Shown: positions 1 through 14,444 of the stretch, in pieces
Layout: the number at the start of each line of letters is the position of its first letter
Position numbering within the stretch: the first letter of the stretch is position 1
DNA from: the human T2T-CHM13v2.0 reference genome, Homo sapiens
DNA: 64,000 bases
Reading direction: 5' to 3' (one strand)
Assembly: GCF_009914755.1 (NCBI RefSeq)
Contig: NC_060932.1
Position numbers and translations under genes: made by a program
The notes under the pieces: generated by a model
What the model saw: only the letters and a program-made list of their open reading frames with translations
Database searches by the model: none
What the model was told of the DNA's origin: nothing

Positions 1-459
1 ATATCCCAATTATCCATTGCCATTTTCCCACTAATGAGCCCATGTGCCTGCGTTTAAGAGCGTCTGACCCAGAGTCCACTTGCTCAAGGGGGCTGAATGC
101 AGCAGGCACAGACGCTATTCATAGTGCCTTCAGACAAAAAGGGCTGGGGCCATTTTTCTTACCTCCCTCTATTAGGGCTGGACTGACTCTCTAGACAGCA
201 GACCTTTATGCCTCATTACCCCACCCCACAGACACCACGATGCTCAGTGTACCTTGGTTACAAGAAGAAAAGCACCATGCCAACTGGAGAAGCACTCTGT
301 GTTCTTCCTGCAATCATAAAGGGCCCATTGTGCCCTGAGGCACAGGTGCAGATCCTATTAAAGCCAAGGCCTTCTTAATCTCCATCTCAGAATTCTTTGC
401 AGAGGGGAAGTTGATGTTTGTGTGCTAAGCCACTGGCCAGGAGATGATGCTGAATAGGG

Positions 460-645
460 AGAGTTCAGGCTTTTGAGACCGCCTGCCCTGAGTAGGAATC
501 CTGTCCCTGAAAAATGCTAAGCGTTTGACCCTGCACAGGTTTAATAACCAGCCTTAGTCTCACCTGAAAAGTAGGAATAACAATAATCACCTTGAAAATA
601 TGTGTCAGGATTAAGGGAGTTCACATCTGTCAAACTTTAGCACGA
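460..645 (+). mobile_element. MIR SINE fragment
   Basis: Degenerate MIR core (ctcacctgaaaagtaggaataacaataatcacc...aggattaagggag...tttagcac). Confidence 0.55.
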
Positions 646-889
646 AGAGGCATTCATTTCATATTCATTGATATAATATGAATGGTACCATATTCATTCT
701 TACTATTTCATCCAAATGAGAAGAGAACTTTCAGGTATGAAGCCCAATGTTGCTCTAGGTTCTGTGACAGTGACCCACGTTTTGTATCACAACCCAGTCC
801 ACTTAATAGAATACACATAGAACTAACTGAAATGATATTTTCTATTCTCTATGTTATAAAATGCTGACTGCAAGCTATAATTTTTTGAT

Positions 890-1281
890 AGCACTTCCAT
901 AACAAAATCCCACAGACCAGGTGGCTGAAACAATAGGACTTTACTTTCTCAGGGCTCTGGAGGCTGGAAGTCTGAGATCAAGGCGCAGGTAGGATTGGTT
1001 TCCCCTGAGTCCTCTGTCCTTGGCTTGCAGATGGCCGACTTCATCCTGCTTCCTCACATGGTGTTTCCTCTGTGTGCATGCCCCCTGGTGTCTCCTTGTG
1101 TGTCCAAATGTCTTCTTATGAGGACACCAGTCAGATGGGATTAATTCCTGCCCTAATGACCTCATTTTAACTCTGTTGCCTCTGTAAAGCCCCTATCTAC
1201 AAATATGGTCACATTCTGAGGTCCTGGGTATTAGGGCTTCAATGTATGAATTTTGGGGGGCCACAAAATCAGCCCGTCACA
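890..1281 (-). mobile_element. MLT1A/B-type MaLR solo LTR
   Basis: ctggaggctggaagtctgagatcaagg, ttcttatgaggacaccagtca, ggtcacattctgaggtcctgg match the MLT1 LTR reverse strand. Confidence 0.8.
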
Positions 1282-1574
1282 TGAACACATTACAGTGACT
1301 TCACATTTTTACTGAGGGTCATGAATCTGGCCTATAAAATGTTAATCCAGTTCAATCTTCAGCCAAGCTATTTGGTTTCTGCCTGAATATCTCCATCATT
1401 TGGGGGCTCATTGCCTCCCAAGAAATCCCATTGTTGAATAACCAATATACTCACCAATTGCTGAGTGTATGTTCTATGGCCAGACCCAGGCTAAGCATCT
1501 TCTTTACCTCATTTAGTTGTCACAACTGCCCATTGAAGTTGGTGTTACACAAATATACATTCAAGAATATGTGT

Positions 1575-1959
<385 letters not shown>

Positions 1960-2119
1960 TCAAACTCAGATTTTTCTCCAAAGCCCAAAAAATGATGTCT
2001 GCATTATTGGAAAGTCCTTCATGTTGAGATGAAAGTTTCCCAAAGTAATGTGAATATCAAAAAGATGATAAAATTCAGATGTTTCATAGGAGGCCTGTGA
2101 TTCCAGAAAGGTTTGGTGT

Positions 2120-2260
2120 TTGAAGACCTAGGATTCCATTCCAGCCTTAGCACTTTCTAAGTGGCCTTGAGGAAGCGCTGTCAATTCTCTTCTACTTGGT
2201 TTCCTTCTCTGGAAATGGAGAAGGAACAAGTAATATCTACCTCTTGTGCTCATGGTGAGT
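2120..2260 (+). mobile_element. MIR fragment
   Basis: gaagacctaggattcc...ggtttccttctctggaaatggag...tctacctc. Confidence 0.55.
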
Positions 2261-3679
2261 TTCAAAGCTAACTGTAGAGACCCAAAGGTCTCTATCTCAA
2301 TCTGTCTCTATCTCAATCTCTGTCTCTGTCTCAGTCTACTGAGGTTATTGCTGCATCCCAGCTGGTTCCTTGGGCTATATTCTCATTGCTGCCTAACCAA
2401 TTATTAATCTCTCTGAACTTCATTTTCTATTATGATGATTATCCTTGTATTATATATTATCTGCACAATAATGACTTTCTCAGAAGATTATTGAAAGATG
2501 AGATAGTTTAATCCATGTGTGACATTGCATTATTTAGAATTGTCTTGACTTTTCTTTTGATGCTCCAAATTGATCAAGAAAAAACAATGAAAAAATACCT
2601 TTTCTTCCTCAGAGGAAGAACAGATAAGTCTCTTTGATCTTCAGTTAAGGCTCCCTTTTAAACAGGTTTTAATTTTTAAATTTTCTGAGACCACCCCAAA
2701 CAGGCTTTATGAATGCAAGTCCCAGCCACAGTTTACAAACCTCCCGTCTGCAGGGACCAGGCAGGAAACTTAAGTCACCACACTTATGTAAAGGGCTATG
2801 TGCAGAATCTACCACAAGAGGGAGTAATTCATAAATGGTAACGGCACGTATAATTGCCATCATGAGGAAAAAGGAAGAGGAAGAACAAAAACAATTAAGA
2901 GAAAGAGGAAGATGCTCTTAGGCCCTAATTCTGGAGCATCAGTGCTCCCTCAGACTGTTCCCCTTCATCTACACCCCTGTTCTAGGCCAGGATCCCTGTG
3001 CTATGATTTTGGACTTCTCATCCTGGTCTCAAACTTTACGGGCGATACTTCAAGTGGTTTTCAACCTAAACTGGAAATCCTCATTCCATAAAGTGTTTTT
3101 GCTACAAATAATTTGTGGCAAAAATAAAAATAAAACAATAAATTAAAACAATCCATTAAAATATCACTATCATTTATTTTCTGCATGTGCAAACTACAGC
3201 TGTCATCTTTTTCCTCAAGTTCTTTGAGTAAATAAATGCTCAGGATAAATATTCTGTCATTTTCTATTCTCCCAAAACATAGTTTCGAAAACCCAAAGGG
3301 CTAGATGTGCCCTATTTAAGAAACATGTATCACCACCAACTTTTAGTAGCCAGCACTCATTAAACACACCAGGTAAGAGTCAAATATCTCCATGAAAACC
3401 TTCATGCTATTGGTAGATTATGTCAGAAAACCAAGCATCAACATGAGTTCATTTCCAAATATAACTTTTGGATGGCCAGCCATACTTTCTTTCACTTTTA
3501 GAAAAGGGGTAACAGGACCCAACAGGATATCTGTATGTAAAGGTTGTTCCTTTGTGTTTACACAGTGCCTCCGTGCCCAGATGTGGGATTTTTTTTTCTT
3601 TTTTGTTCGTATGTTTGTTTTTGCATCTCTTAGCACAACCTGATGTGGTCTGAAAATCAGGAGAATGATTACTCTTCAG

Positions 3680-3996
3680 CAAATATGCACTCTCCTGCAT
3701 CCATGGGAGGATTACGCTTCCCGCTGACGTGGCTGGTTCCCATAACTTGCTCTTGCTGGTGGAATACGGACAGAAGCAAACATGTGCCACCTCCAAGCAC
3801 AGGCATTCAGAGGCATCACCTGCTCATGCTGCTTCTCTGGGAGGCCTGACCTCCACCTGGAGAAGAACATGCCCCAGGGAACTGCTGCCCCCTCCAGCCT
3901 GGACCCCAGAATGAGACAGGGGGAACAGAGCTACCTCACTGTCCCACAGACCTGTGAGCAGAATCAGTGCCTATAGTGGAAAGCTATTGAAATTTT
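3680..3996 (+). mobile_element. Old MaLR LTR (MLT1H/I/J-like)
   Basis: gagaagaacatgcccca...cctccagcctggaccccagaatgagaca...cagacctgtgagc. Confidence 0.6.
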
Positions 3997-4869
3997 CACC
4001 ATTTTTTTTGTGGGTTTTTTTTTGTGTGTATGTAAGGAAAAATCAGAAATTGGCAAAAGAGATTATTTGGCATTCTTTCAGGGGAGGGCCAAGATTCCTG
4101 AATCAATGATCTCTGCGAATCATTGATTCTACAGGAATCTGCACCTTTGACTGTCTTACTATTGAATCTATTTACAACTCTGTGAGGATAAAGGTTAACT
4201 TGTAGAAAACTGATAACAATGCCAATGAGTTTTGTCCAGTAAAGATGCAACTGATTCGTGCCATGCAGAAAAGATAACTCCAAATGTTACATGTTATAGC
4301 CTTTTGAATGTTAACCTGTTTTGCATCTTTTCGCAAATTTATTTCAGCATTTCTAGTTGTCTATGTATCTTTCTGTTCTACAAAGATCTCCTTTGAATTG
4401 GTCTTAGCATACTAATGCTTTGCTCATTACTTGATGAGTTGAATAAAAATCTTTAACATGTATTCATTTTACATACACGAGAGGTATGTTTTTAACTTAT
4501 AAAATAAATGTTAGCATTTGTTATGAAGCAGAGGCGAACATATGAGGGTTCTAGGCTAGTTTCAGTCATCATTGACTGAGCAGCTTAGAGAAGCCTTCAA
4601 TGTCCTTATCTGTAAAGTGAGGTTTTGGGACAGAGAGTTTCTTTTTTCAGTTTTAAAGGTCTCATGGAGTAGGGAGGGCGAGTATTATGAACCCATTATA
4701 CAGATGGAAATGCCGAGAGTTAGAGAGGTTTCAGATTTTCTCAAAGCCCCGGAATACCTCTGCCTCCCACATTAGTTCAACATCGCTGGACTGCACAGCA
4801 AATGGACCTCGGGCTGCACAGATGAAAACCTTTCACGAGCTCATGCTCAGGTTCTTGCTTAAGGAAAAG

Positions 4870-5345
4870 AACAGTGTGTGGAGTCTCACAGACCGAACTT
4901 GCCTCTTGGCGTCACGAATTAGTAACTGTTTAACCTTGGGCAAATTGCTGAATATCTCCAAACCTCAGTTTTATGATATATACTATGGGGATAAAAATGT
5001 GTACTTTATAATGTGGCCGTAAAATGACAAAGGAAATGTATAGTGGCCAATACGGTACCTGGCGCATAGCGGGAGTGCTATAAATGCCAGCTTGCCTTCC
5101 ATCTCTTTCAGCAGTGTCAGAAGAATTCCTGCTTCAGAGTCAACCCAGCACAAAGTTTAAGGCTCTACTACTTTCTAGCTGTGACTTTGAGCAGGTTAGA
5201 AGGCGCCTGTGCCTTCGTTCTATCCTATGTAAAATGGAGATAGGAGTGCTACCTCTTAGTACCGGTCTGAAAATATCCACAGGGCAATATCCAGGACTGC
5301 TGAACACAGGGGCCACAATGGAGGTGCTAAATCCATTGTTTTTAA
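4870..5345 (+). mobile_element. Two tandem MIR copies
   Basis: accttgggcaaattgctgaatatctccaaacctcagttt and ctagctgtgactttgagcagg...tgtaaaatggagata cores. Confidence 0.65.
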
Positions 5346-6177
5346 TCATTAATTAATGATTTTTTTAAAGTCAGGCAGAGTTAAGGTCAGAGAGAGGAAC
5401 AACAAGGATCTTTGTATGAAATTTTGAACAGAAACTGCCTTAAAAGCCAGACTAACATCAACAGCCTATAGAGTTGGGGAGCCCAATTCTCAGCTGAAGG
5501 AAGCAGAATTACATGATAAAAGAGCCCTGCTTAATCAAAAATTGTGTGAACCCTAATTTCTAAAAATGTTGATGAGGGGTATTATGTATTTATATGCAAT
5601 TCTGAAAGACTTATATCCATCTTAATGGCTGGAAATGTCCTTCAAATTTTCCATCTGCCCTGGAATAGGTCTAATGTGATAACAAACAGGAAATTGACTG
5701 GGCTGAGGGACATGCAGTTCTGTTTTGTACCATAAAATATATGAGGCTGCTGACATTGCATATTAATTAGCTGATCCTTTCCTTTCCAAATTAAGAGCTC
5801 AGTTTTGTATTACTTACACGGATGTAAAACTTAGCTCTGTGGTTTTGGATGCATCGAGAGCTCATTCACTAAATATTTTTGGAGCACTTAGTAGTTTCCA
5901 GGATCTTCCAGGCTTGGCAAGGAATGAGGTAAGACATAACTTAAACCATGGAAAATCTCTTACCCTCTAGGAAGATGATGGGGGGAGGATAAGAAAAGAG
6001 TAAAAGTGATAGCAGTAAATCATTCCAGAAACATCTAGGCCTTTCCAAAGCATCTAGTATGTTTTATCTTGTAGTCATTGGGAATCTTGTGAGCTTCATG
6101 TTTTTCTCTTTGTTTTGGCCAGAAAGCTAAGGGCTGATATTCCCTGCTTTCATATATATATGTCTTAAAACTCTTAT

Positions 6178-6295
6178 TATTCATTCATTCATTTAATAGT
6201 TATTGCACAACTACTATATGCCAGGCACTCTACTAGGTGCCAGAAATACAGCAATACACAAAACAGGCAAACAGTATTGCACTTAGAAAGCTTAA
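6178..6295 (-). mobile_element. L2 3' end
   Basis: (ATTC)n tail followed by tactatatgccaggcactctactaggtgc. Confidence 0.7.
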
Positions 6296-6301
6296 AATCA
6301 G

Positions 6302-6452
6302 GGCTGAGCTCAGCAGCCAATACCTGTAATCCTAGCACTTTGGGAGGATGAGAGGGAAAGACCACTTGAGCCCAGGAGTTTGAGGCTGCACTGAGCTATG
6401 ACTGCGCTGCTGTACTCCACCCTGGGTGACAGAGCAAGACCCCCCAAAAAAA
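6302..6452 (+). mobile_element. Alu monomer (FAM/FRAM-like)
   Basis: Single Alu arm ending gaggctgcactgagctatga...gacagagcaagacc plus A/GA tail. Confidence 0.8.
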
Positions 6453-6547
6453 GAGAGAGAGAGGGAGAAAAGAAAGCTTCTGTTTAAGTAAGGAAGATTA
6501 ACAATAAACACAACAGAGAAGTAAATATAGGGTTAAGATTTTACTTG

Positions 6548-6853
<306 letters not shown>

Positions 6854-6861
6854 TTACTTGA

Positions 6862-7388
6862 TGTTCCAGTTACTTATGGCCATGTAACCAACGCCCCCCA
6901 ATCTTACTCGTGCAAAGTAAAACATCCTTCTGTCTGTGGGTTAGCAATTCTGACAGGGCACTGGGGAATGATCTGTCTCTGCTGTTTGATGTTTGGGCCT
7001 TAGCTGGGAAGATTGCCACTGACTCCAATGGATGGGGCTGGATCAGGAGGGGTGAGAGGATCCACTTCCAACACGACACAGCTTCTTCACTGGGAATGGT
7101 TGGATACTGGGCTCAGCTGGGACTGCCAGACAGAAAGCCTACATGATGTAGCCTCTCCAGTATGGTCATGTCAAGATAGTGGGACTTCTTATGTAGAGGG
7201 CAAGTGTCCAATGATTTAGGCAGAAGCTGTACAACCTTTGAAGAACTAGCCTCAAAAGTCACCTCCTGTCACTTACAATGCATGCCATTGGTCGAAGGAG
7301 TCAAAGCTCACTGAGATTCAGGAAGATGGAAAACAGACTCAATGGAAAAGTTTCAAATTGTTTGTGAGTCGATTTTAAAACTGGCACA
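6862..7388 (-). mobile_element. MLT1F/G-type MaLR LTR
   Basis: ggatccacttccaa, ggcagaagctg, ctagcctcaaaagtcac, gattcaggaagatgg motifs. Confidence 0.7.
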
Positions 7389-7829
7389 TGACTTCAGGGT
7401 CAATTCCCATTATCGTGGGGAGGGGCTTCATATTTAGAGTCAATCACACCAGGAGTTGAACAGCGGGTCAGGCATGTGCTTTTATTTAGCAAGCATCATT
7501 GTGTGTTGATGGTGAGTCTATCACCGCGCCAGGTGCTGGGGGTTCCACATTGAGGTAGACACAGTTTATCCCCTTGAATCAGGAAAGGAAAGTGGCTAAA
7601 CACCCAATGATAAATGTGCAGTTTGAGAAATACGGTGGTGGTGAATACACAGGGGACAATGGAACCACATGGAAAGAGAAGTTAATTGAGTGAATTTGGG
7701 AAAATTATTTAGCATCTCTCTGTGATTAGCGTCCCTATTTGTATAACAAGGCTGATAAGACCTGTCTTATAAGACTGGTTTAAGGATGAGATGAGACAAG
7801 TAATCTAAAGCAGCTCCTGATCAATCACT

Positions 7830-8325
7830 TCTCATCATCCTGTTGAGGTCTGTGCAAGCAACTTCTCACTATCTGAGCTTTTCCTAGTTTGTTTATTTGT
7901 TTGTTTGTTTGTTTACTTGCTTATTATCTGAACTCACCAAACTAGAATATAAGATATATAGAGTCTATTATTCAGGCTATAGTATAAAAAATGAACTCGT
8001 CTCTGTCTAGAAAGCCCTTCCCTTCAGATATTTTGTGGCCAACTCTTTCACCCTTTACAAAAAAGCACTAAATACGCTGCCTAGTCATTCTTCTTAAAAT
8101 TGCATCCTAGAACCCCCTCTATAATCGCTGGCTTCCCATTCTGTTCTATTTTTCTTTTTCAAACAGCACTTAAAACCTCTAACATACTCTACATAAGCTT
8201 TAGACTTATTTGTTTATCCTCTTGCCCTGCTAGAATGTAAATTGCATTAGGGCAGGGATCTTTGTTTTTTTCACTGATGCATCACAGGTGCCTGTAACCA
8301 TACCCTTTTCATAATGGAACAAATG
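7830..8325 (+). mobile_element. L2 3' fragments
   Basis: ctagaatgtaaattgcattagggcagggatctttg...aacaaatgaat. Confidence 0.6.
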
Positions 8326-8334
8326 AATCCACTG

Positions 8335-8775
8335 GGAAGGGGTAGGACATTGAGTCAGAAGGGTGGCAGGAGTCCTTTGTAAGCCAGGATAAACAGTTTG
8401 GATTTTTTTTTTTCCAAAATAAGATAAACAGTGTAGACTTTTATGAGAAGGTATGACATGAACTAAATGACATTTTTACGTCATTCTGGCTGCTGTAGAG
8501 AGAATGGAATAGAAGAAGTCAAGATTGGACAGGACATGAGTTAGGAGAGAGGGTGATGGCTTGGACCAAGGTGATGGTCCTGGAGACAAAGAGAAATTTG
8601 CAGCTTTCAGATGTGTTTTTACATGGAAGGAAGAACTGACCAGACATGCTGATGGGCTGAACAAGAGGGTGAGTGAGAAGGAAATCGAGGCTAACTCATA
8701 GGTTTTTGGTTTGAGTAACCTGGCATGATATAATGTCATTTACTGATATGAGTCAAGACTAAGGAAGAAGCAGAA
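8335..8775 (-). mobile_element. L2 fragment
   Basis: ctggctgctgtagagagaatgga...gatggcttggaccaaggtg...tttttggtttgagtaacctgg. Confidence 0.7.
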
Positions 8776-8780
8776 AGTCT

Positions 8781-9566
8781 GCGTGTGTGCGTGTGTGTTG
8801 GTGTATGTGTACGTAGTGTGGTGTGTGTGTGTGCAGTGGTGTGTATGTGTATTGTGTGTGTTGTGTGTATTGTGTTTTTTGTTTGTGTAGTTTGGTTGTG
8901 TGTTTTTGTGTGTGTAGTATTAGATGTGTGTGCAGTGAGGTGTGTGTGTAGTGTGTATGTGTATAGTGTGGGATGTGTGTGTGTAGCAGTGTGTGTTCAT
9001 AGTGTGTGTGGTGTGTATGTAGTGTGAGGTGTGTATGCAGTGGTGTGTTGTGTGGTGTGTGTGTGTAGTGTGGGAGTGTGTTTCTAGTGAAGTGTGTGTG
9101 TAGTGTGGGGTTTGTGTGCAGTGCACGTGTTTTTGGTATAGTAGTGTGTGTGGCCTGTGTGTAGTGTGGGAAGTGTATGTGCAGTGTGTGTGGGGGTATG
9201 GTAGTATGTGTGTGGGGTATGTGTGTGCAGTGGTGTGTATGTGTAGTGTGTGTGTTGTGTGTATTTTTTTGTGTGTAGTTTGGTTGCATGTGTTTTGTGT
9301 GTGTGCAGTATTAGATGTGTGTGCAGTGAGGTGTGTGTGTAGTGTGGGAGTGTGTTTATAGTGAACTGTGTGTGTACACTGTGTGTAGTGTGGGATGTAT
9401 GTGTGCAGTGTGTGTGGAGGTATGGTAGTATGTGTGTGGGGTGTGTGTGTGCAGTGGTGTGTGTGAGTTGGGTGTGTGTGCCTGTAGTATGGGGTGTGTG
9501 TGCAGTAGTGTGTGTATGTGTAGTGTCGTGTGTCAATGAGTGTAGTGTGCTGTGTATGTATGTGTG
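8781..9566. repeat. Degenerate (TG)n-rich complex repeat, ~790 bp
   Basis: Nearly pure G/T alternation with recurring blocks such as agtattagatgtgtgtgcagtgagg and gtatggtagtatgtgtgtgggg. Confidence 0.95.
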
Positions 9567-10729
9567 ATATGGGCCACCAGGGGTGGGGCAGTTAAGATTT
9601 TTTTTCTTGACTTTGTTCATTGTGAGATGAGTATTAGACTGATGAAGTATTCTCCATCTAGAATCCAGCCTAAGGAGACAGTCAGAAGTGCTCACCAAGA
9701 TTCAGAGGTTCTTCATTGCCTTACCATATTTGTAAGTCACAAACTGGAAGCTACCACAGGGTCCAGCCTTATGAGAGTGGTGCAGTCAATCCCAGATCTT
9801 CCATATGACAGGGAGCTGGTCATCCTTCAAAGTGCTGCTTACTAAGATGACAATGAGACTGGAAAATTCTCATTAAATAAACAAATGGCTGGGTAAGTGC
9901 TTACTGCATGGTGTATTCATGTTAGTAGAGAAATATCTACAAAATACGCTCGTGGTAAACTCTATAAATCATGAAAATGTAAAACTGCAAGAAATCTCAA
10001 GGTCATCGTTTCAAAATGCATGCTATAGTTGAGCAAAAGAAAAAATCAGTGAAGACTAAGAGGCTGAAGAGTTCCTCATTTAAGCTGTGACATTTGATCC
10101 TATTAGTGGGAAAAGACCTGAACTGAGAGGACCTGTGTCCTCGCCCCTGGTTTTGTTGCTGTTGCTTTGCTGGGTGACCTTGGAGACACCATTGAACGTC
10201 TCTTGGCTCAGCTTTTTCACGGTTAAATGAGACAGTTGGTAATTCCTTGTTTTTCAGAGTTTGCATGGTTTGGATGCCATTGGCTCTTCCTTATAGCAGG
10301 GAGTTTTTCAGCTGCAAAGAGCGGTGGAGTTCCTCTCTCCCAGCCCACTCATAATTCGGCTTATGTGCAGAAGGCAGAAGACCTTCCCAAGGGTACACAA
10401 TGCTTCTGTAAATAGCAGTTTATAGACTTCAGCAGAAGAACCAGAAGCAAACAGAGGAAGTGAAAATGACCACTAGAAGAAAAACTGATGACAGAAAAAC
10501 AAAATCAATTAGACTTTATCTTTAAAAAAATCAACTATGACTTTAATTGATTTCAAATAAAATATTTCGATCTTTATGAGATACATTAGATCGTTGAAAG
10601 TCATGCTTACAGAAAATATTAGTGTCTGTGAAGAAAACACTAAGCTTCTGCAAAAGTTTTGCCTCTCACTTCTAGTCACGTCCCCACTGCTAGTCCATTC
10701 TCTGAAAAGTGTACCCAAAGCAATTTTCT

Positions 10730-10755
10730 TTTCTTTTTTCGTTTTTCTTTCTTTC

Positions 10756-10803
<48 letters not shown>

Positions 10804-11082
10804 GAGATGGAGTCTCGCTTTGTCACCCAGGCTGGAGTGCAGTGGTGCGACCTCAGCTCACTGTAACCTCTGACTCCCAGGTTCAAGCAATTCTCTGCCT
10901 CAGCCTCCCGAGTAGCTGGGATTATAGGTGCCCACCACCATGCCCAGCTAATTTTTGTATTTTTAGTAGAGACGGGGTTTCACCATCTTGGCCAGGCTGG
11001 TCTTGAACTCCTGACCTTGTGATCCACCCGCCTCAGCCTCCCAAAGTGCTGGGATTACAGGTATGAGCCACCATGCCCGGAC
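10730..11082 (-). mobile_element. AluSg-type, full length
   Basis: Poly-T then Alu reverse strand; TSD CCAAAGCAATTTTCT at 10715-10729 and 11083-11097. Confidence 0.96.
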
Positions 11083-11118
11083 CCAAAGCAATTTTCTAAA
11101 AATGAAAATGTCATTCTG

Positions 11119-11119
<1 letters not shown>

Positions 11120-11151
<32 letters not shown>
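11120..11151. repeat. (CA)16 microsatellite
   Basis: Direct reading. Confidence 0.95.
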
Positions 11152-11154
<3 letters not shown>

Positions 11155-11734
11155 CTGCCACCTGAGACATCTGCACTGTAAATGGCTCAACGGGTACCAT
11201 TTTCTATGAGATAAAGATTGAGGTCCCCTGACCTGACCCCACCCACCTCTTCCAGTTTCCCTTGCTATTCCCCTCCCTCCCCTCCTGGTCCATGCCTGTT
11301 CGCTCTTAAATATGCCCGGCTGTTTCTAAACCTTCTGGTCTTTGACAATCCTCTCCTTTCATCCTTGATCAGCTCTCCTCACCTGGCTCACCAGGAAAAC
11401 ACCTACTCATCTTTCCAGATTCAGCCGATCATCATCTCCTCCATGAAGACCTTTTCTGACCTTTGCTGCTTTTGTCCTTTGTAACTGATTATATAGGGCT
11501 CCACACAGGCTGCTATCCTACCCAGTGGAAAATTTCTTTGCATTTACTTCTTTACCTGCTTAGCCCCTGCCCCTTATAGGCTAAAAGCTCCTTGAAAACA
11601 AGAAATATGTTATTTCATCTTGGTATCCCCAGTACCTATGATGATGCTGCCATTCATTTATTTGATAAAAATTCCTTAAGTGGCCACTAAGTTCCCTGCA
11701 TTGCAGCGGGCAGAGTAGACAGCAGAGACTGCGT

Positions 11735-12226
11735 AGTAGAATAGCAGATACTGCACTTGTTTGTCCAGTTCCCTTTATTCCGTGGTGGTAGATTTTTAAA
11801 TCTGGGTACATTGACACCCAATTAAAGGTTACATTTGGCACCCCTCTTGCAATTTTGTGGCCATACGAACAAGTTCAAGCTAATGGGATGTGAGTGGAAG
11901 TGATGTGTGCACCTTCTAGGTCTTGATCTTAAAGGGGAAGGGAGTCCTTCCTTTTTCCTTTTCTTTTCCCGTTTTCTGCTGGTCTGAATATGCCTGTGAC
12001 AGTGGGAGCGGGAGCAGCCCTTTTGGATCCTGAGAGAGAAGCTACAAGTTAAGCGTGGCAGAACAAATTAAAAGTAGATTAATTTCCCTTCATCATCAAG
12101 CCTTCACACCATCCCTGAACTGTGTCTAAACTTACATGAGATAGAAGAATTAATGGACAGTCGATTCAAACCAATGCATTTGGGGCCTGTTTCTTAAAGC
12201 AGCCTGCCCTGTACCTTGCTCATATA
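11735..12226 (+). mobile_element. MLT1J-like MaLR LTR
   Basis: aatgggatgtgagtggaagtgatgtgtgcaccttct...cttaaaggggaagg. Confidence 0.65.
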
Positions 12227-12519
12227 AATGGTGTCTCAAGCAGAGATGATCTTTTTACTGATGGAGCTTGTTTAGCATAGACACTGAACACATGGCTAAT
12301 GAAATGAATGAGTGAGTAAACAGTCCAAGGTCTAACCAGAACCAGCTAGAAAAAATAAATGAGTCATTTGTCACAACAGGCAGATAGCATCGTATCCTAT
12401 AAGGTTGAAATTATTTGGAGCCTGTGCTTCAGACAGTGGGTTTAGGCATTGCAGCTTCACAACTCTATCTGCCTCGCCCTCTGCAGACAGAGCCACTGTG
12501 GTCTTTTAATTCTCCCTCC

Positions 12520-13050
12520 ACGCGTTGTCTTTATTCTGTTTCCTCCTAGCCTCTCCCAAAGCTGTAGCTCTAATTTGGATCCTTGTTACCTATTACCTAA
12601 CCCGTGGCACTAGTTAGTGAGCTGGCCTCTCCACCCTCCTGTCCTCCCCCAGAGCTGTTGCCATGGCAATCTTCCCCTGGCACAGTGCTGATCAAAACCT
12701 TCCAGGGCTCCCCACTGCCTTCAGGTAACAGCCCAACCTCCTTAAATTATCTCCAGGCATTGGCCCACCCCCTTCCCTGCCTTAACTCCCACTCACTGTC
12801 CTCACCTACGCGGTTTCCCTTCCCACGACACACTTGCCATTCCCTTTCTAGATGCTTATTTTCAAGCTGATCCCTTTCCCTGGAATAACTTCTTTGTCCA
12901 GTTTCACTCCCACCTCTGCCTGTTAAAATCCTACCCTTCTTTCGAAGTCCAACAAAATGCTGCTTCTTTACGATGCTTTTTTATGTTTTAGGGTCAAAAG
13001 GAATCTGTCTTCTCTCTGGACATTCCTAGACTTCTTCATTCGCAATATAA
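12520..13050 (+). mobile_element. L2 fragment
   Basis: tcaaaaccttccagggctcccactgcc...ttccctggaataac...aaaatcctacccttcttt. Confidence 0.6.
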
Positions 13051-13159
13051 CATTTATCACACTAGGATTAGGATGAAGTGCAGGCTGAGTAGAGTAGAAG
13101 ATAATTCAGTACTATTATTAACAATAACCACAATAACAGTCATAATCAACAAGATCTAA

Positions 13160-13457
<298 letters not shown>

Positions 13458-13999
13458 GCTCCCAGGGCTTTAACTGCATTAAAGCATCCACAGCCCACAG
13501 CAATCCTGTAGGTAGCTCCATTTTAGAGCTGAGGAGGTCATAGGCACAGAGAGGTTAAGCAACCTACCCAGGGTCACACTTCTGGGACTTTGAATCTTGA
13601 CCTGACCGTTTACTAAACATATTAACTTAGGTGAATTATTTCACCTCCTTGAGTCCCTAGTGTCTTCATCTCTGAATGGTTTTGTTGAGACAATGGTATG
13701 ATATGCTGTATGGGAAGTCTCTAAGCCAGCTCCATGTACATAGCAGGTACTCAACTCATGCTATCTCCTCATCTGCAGGGCTGTATCTTATAGCATGACT
13801 TCTCATTTTTCTCTAGGTGGCAGGTGCCTACAAAATGTTTGTTTACGCTGAAAATTATGTTTTGTGTTGGATGACAAAGTTCCAGTCATACTCTGCCCAA
13901 TATCTCTCAACATAAATAAGGTAGCATAGTGGTTACAGCACAGAGTTCTGGGTGTCCACTAATCATTTCTGTTTTACTACTATGTTAGTAACAAAAATA

Positions 14000-14345
14000 A
14001 TACATTTTAACTCAAAAGAGTGATTCATAAGCTTCTCTTGCTGCTAGGTATGACCACAATCCCAGTTCTGGCCGATGGTATGTAGGCAGAGCCAATGGAG
14101 GCAAACAGCCTCTCCTTTCCCTTCTTTCCTTCTTGTCACCTGGGATGAGGATGTGAAGGTGAATCTTCAGGGACCATGCAGAGCGGGCAACACGCTGGAG
14201 ATGGCAGCTGAGTGAGAAGATCAAAGGAGCCTGGTTCGGACAGTTGACATCAAGATTGACACATGAGAAACAAGTAACTTCCGATTTGTTTAAGCCACTG
14301 TATTTGAACCTTAGTTATATCCACCAAACTGATACTCCAGCTAGT
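14000..14345 (+). mobile_element. Old MaLR/ERVL LTR (MLT1J/K-like) inserted in a MIR
   Basis: gatggcagc...aaggagcctgg...tttgtttaagccactgtattt; MIR 5' part at ~13920-13950, remainder at 14350-14870. Confidence 0.55.
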
Positions 14346-14444
14346 ACTGTTGTGACAGCCTAGGTGAACATAATTGCCCGCTTGCTGGCTGAGTGAACTT
14401 GGGAAAGGTACATAATATCCCAGTGCCTCAATCCCCTCATCTTT

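Larger units (their letters stand above)
10640..11660 (+). mobile_element. L2 fragment interrupted by an Alu and a (CA)n
   Basis: acctactcatctttccag...tcctccatgaagacctt...tatccccagtaccta. Confidence 0.6.

Noticed and set aside
8759-9698. 176-aa and 204-aa His/Thr-rich ORFs
   Set aside because: Artefacts of the (CA/TG) low-complexity tract.
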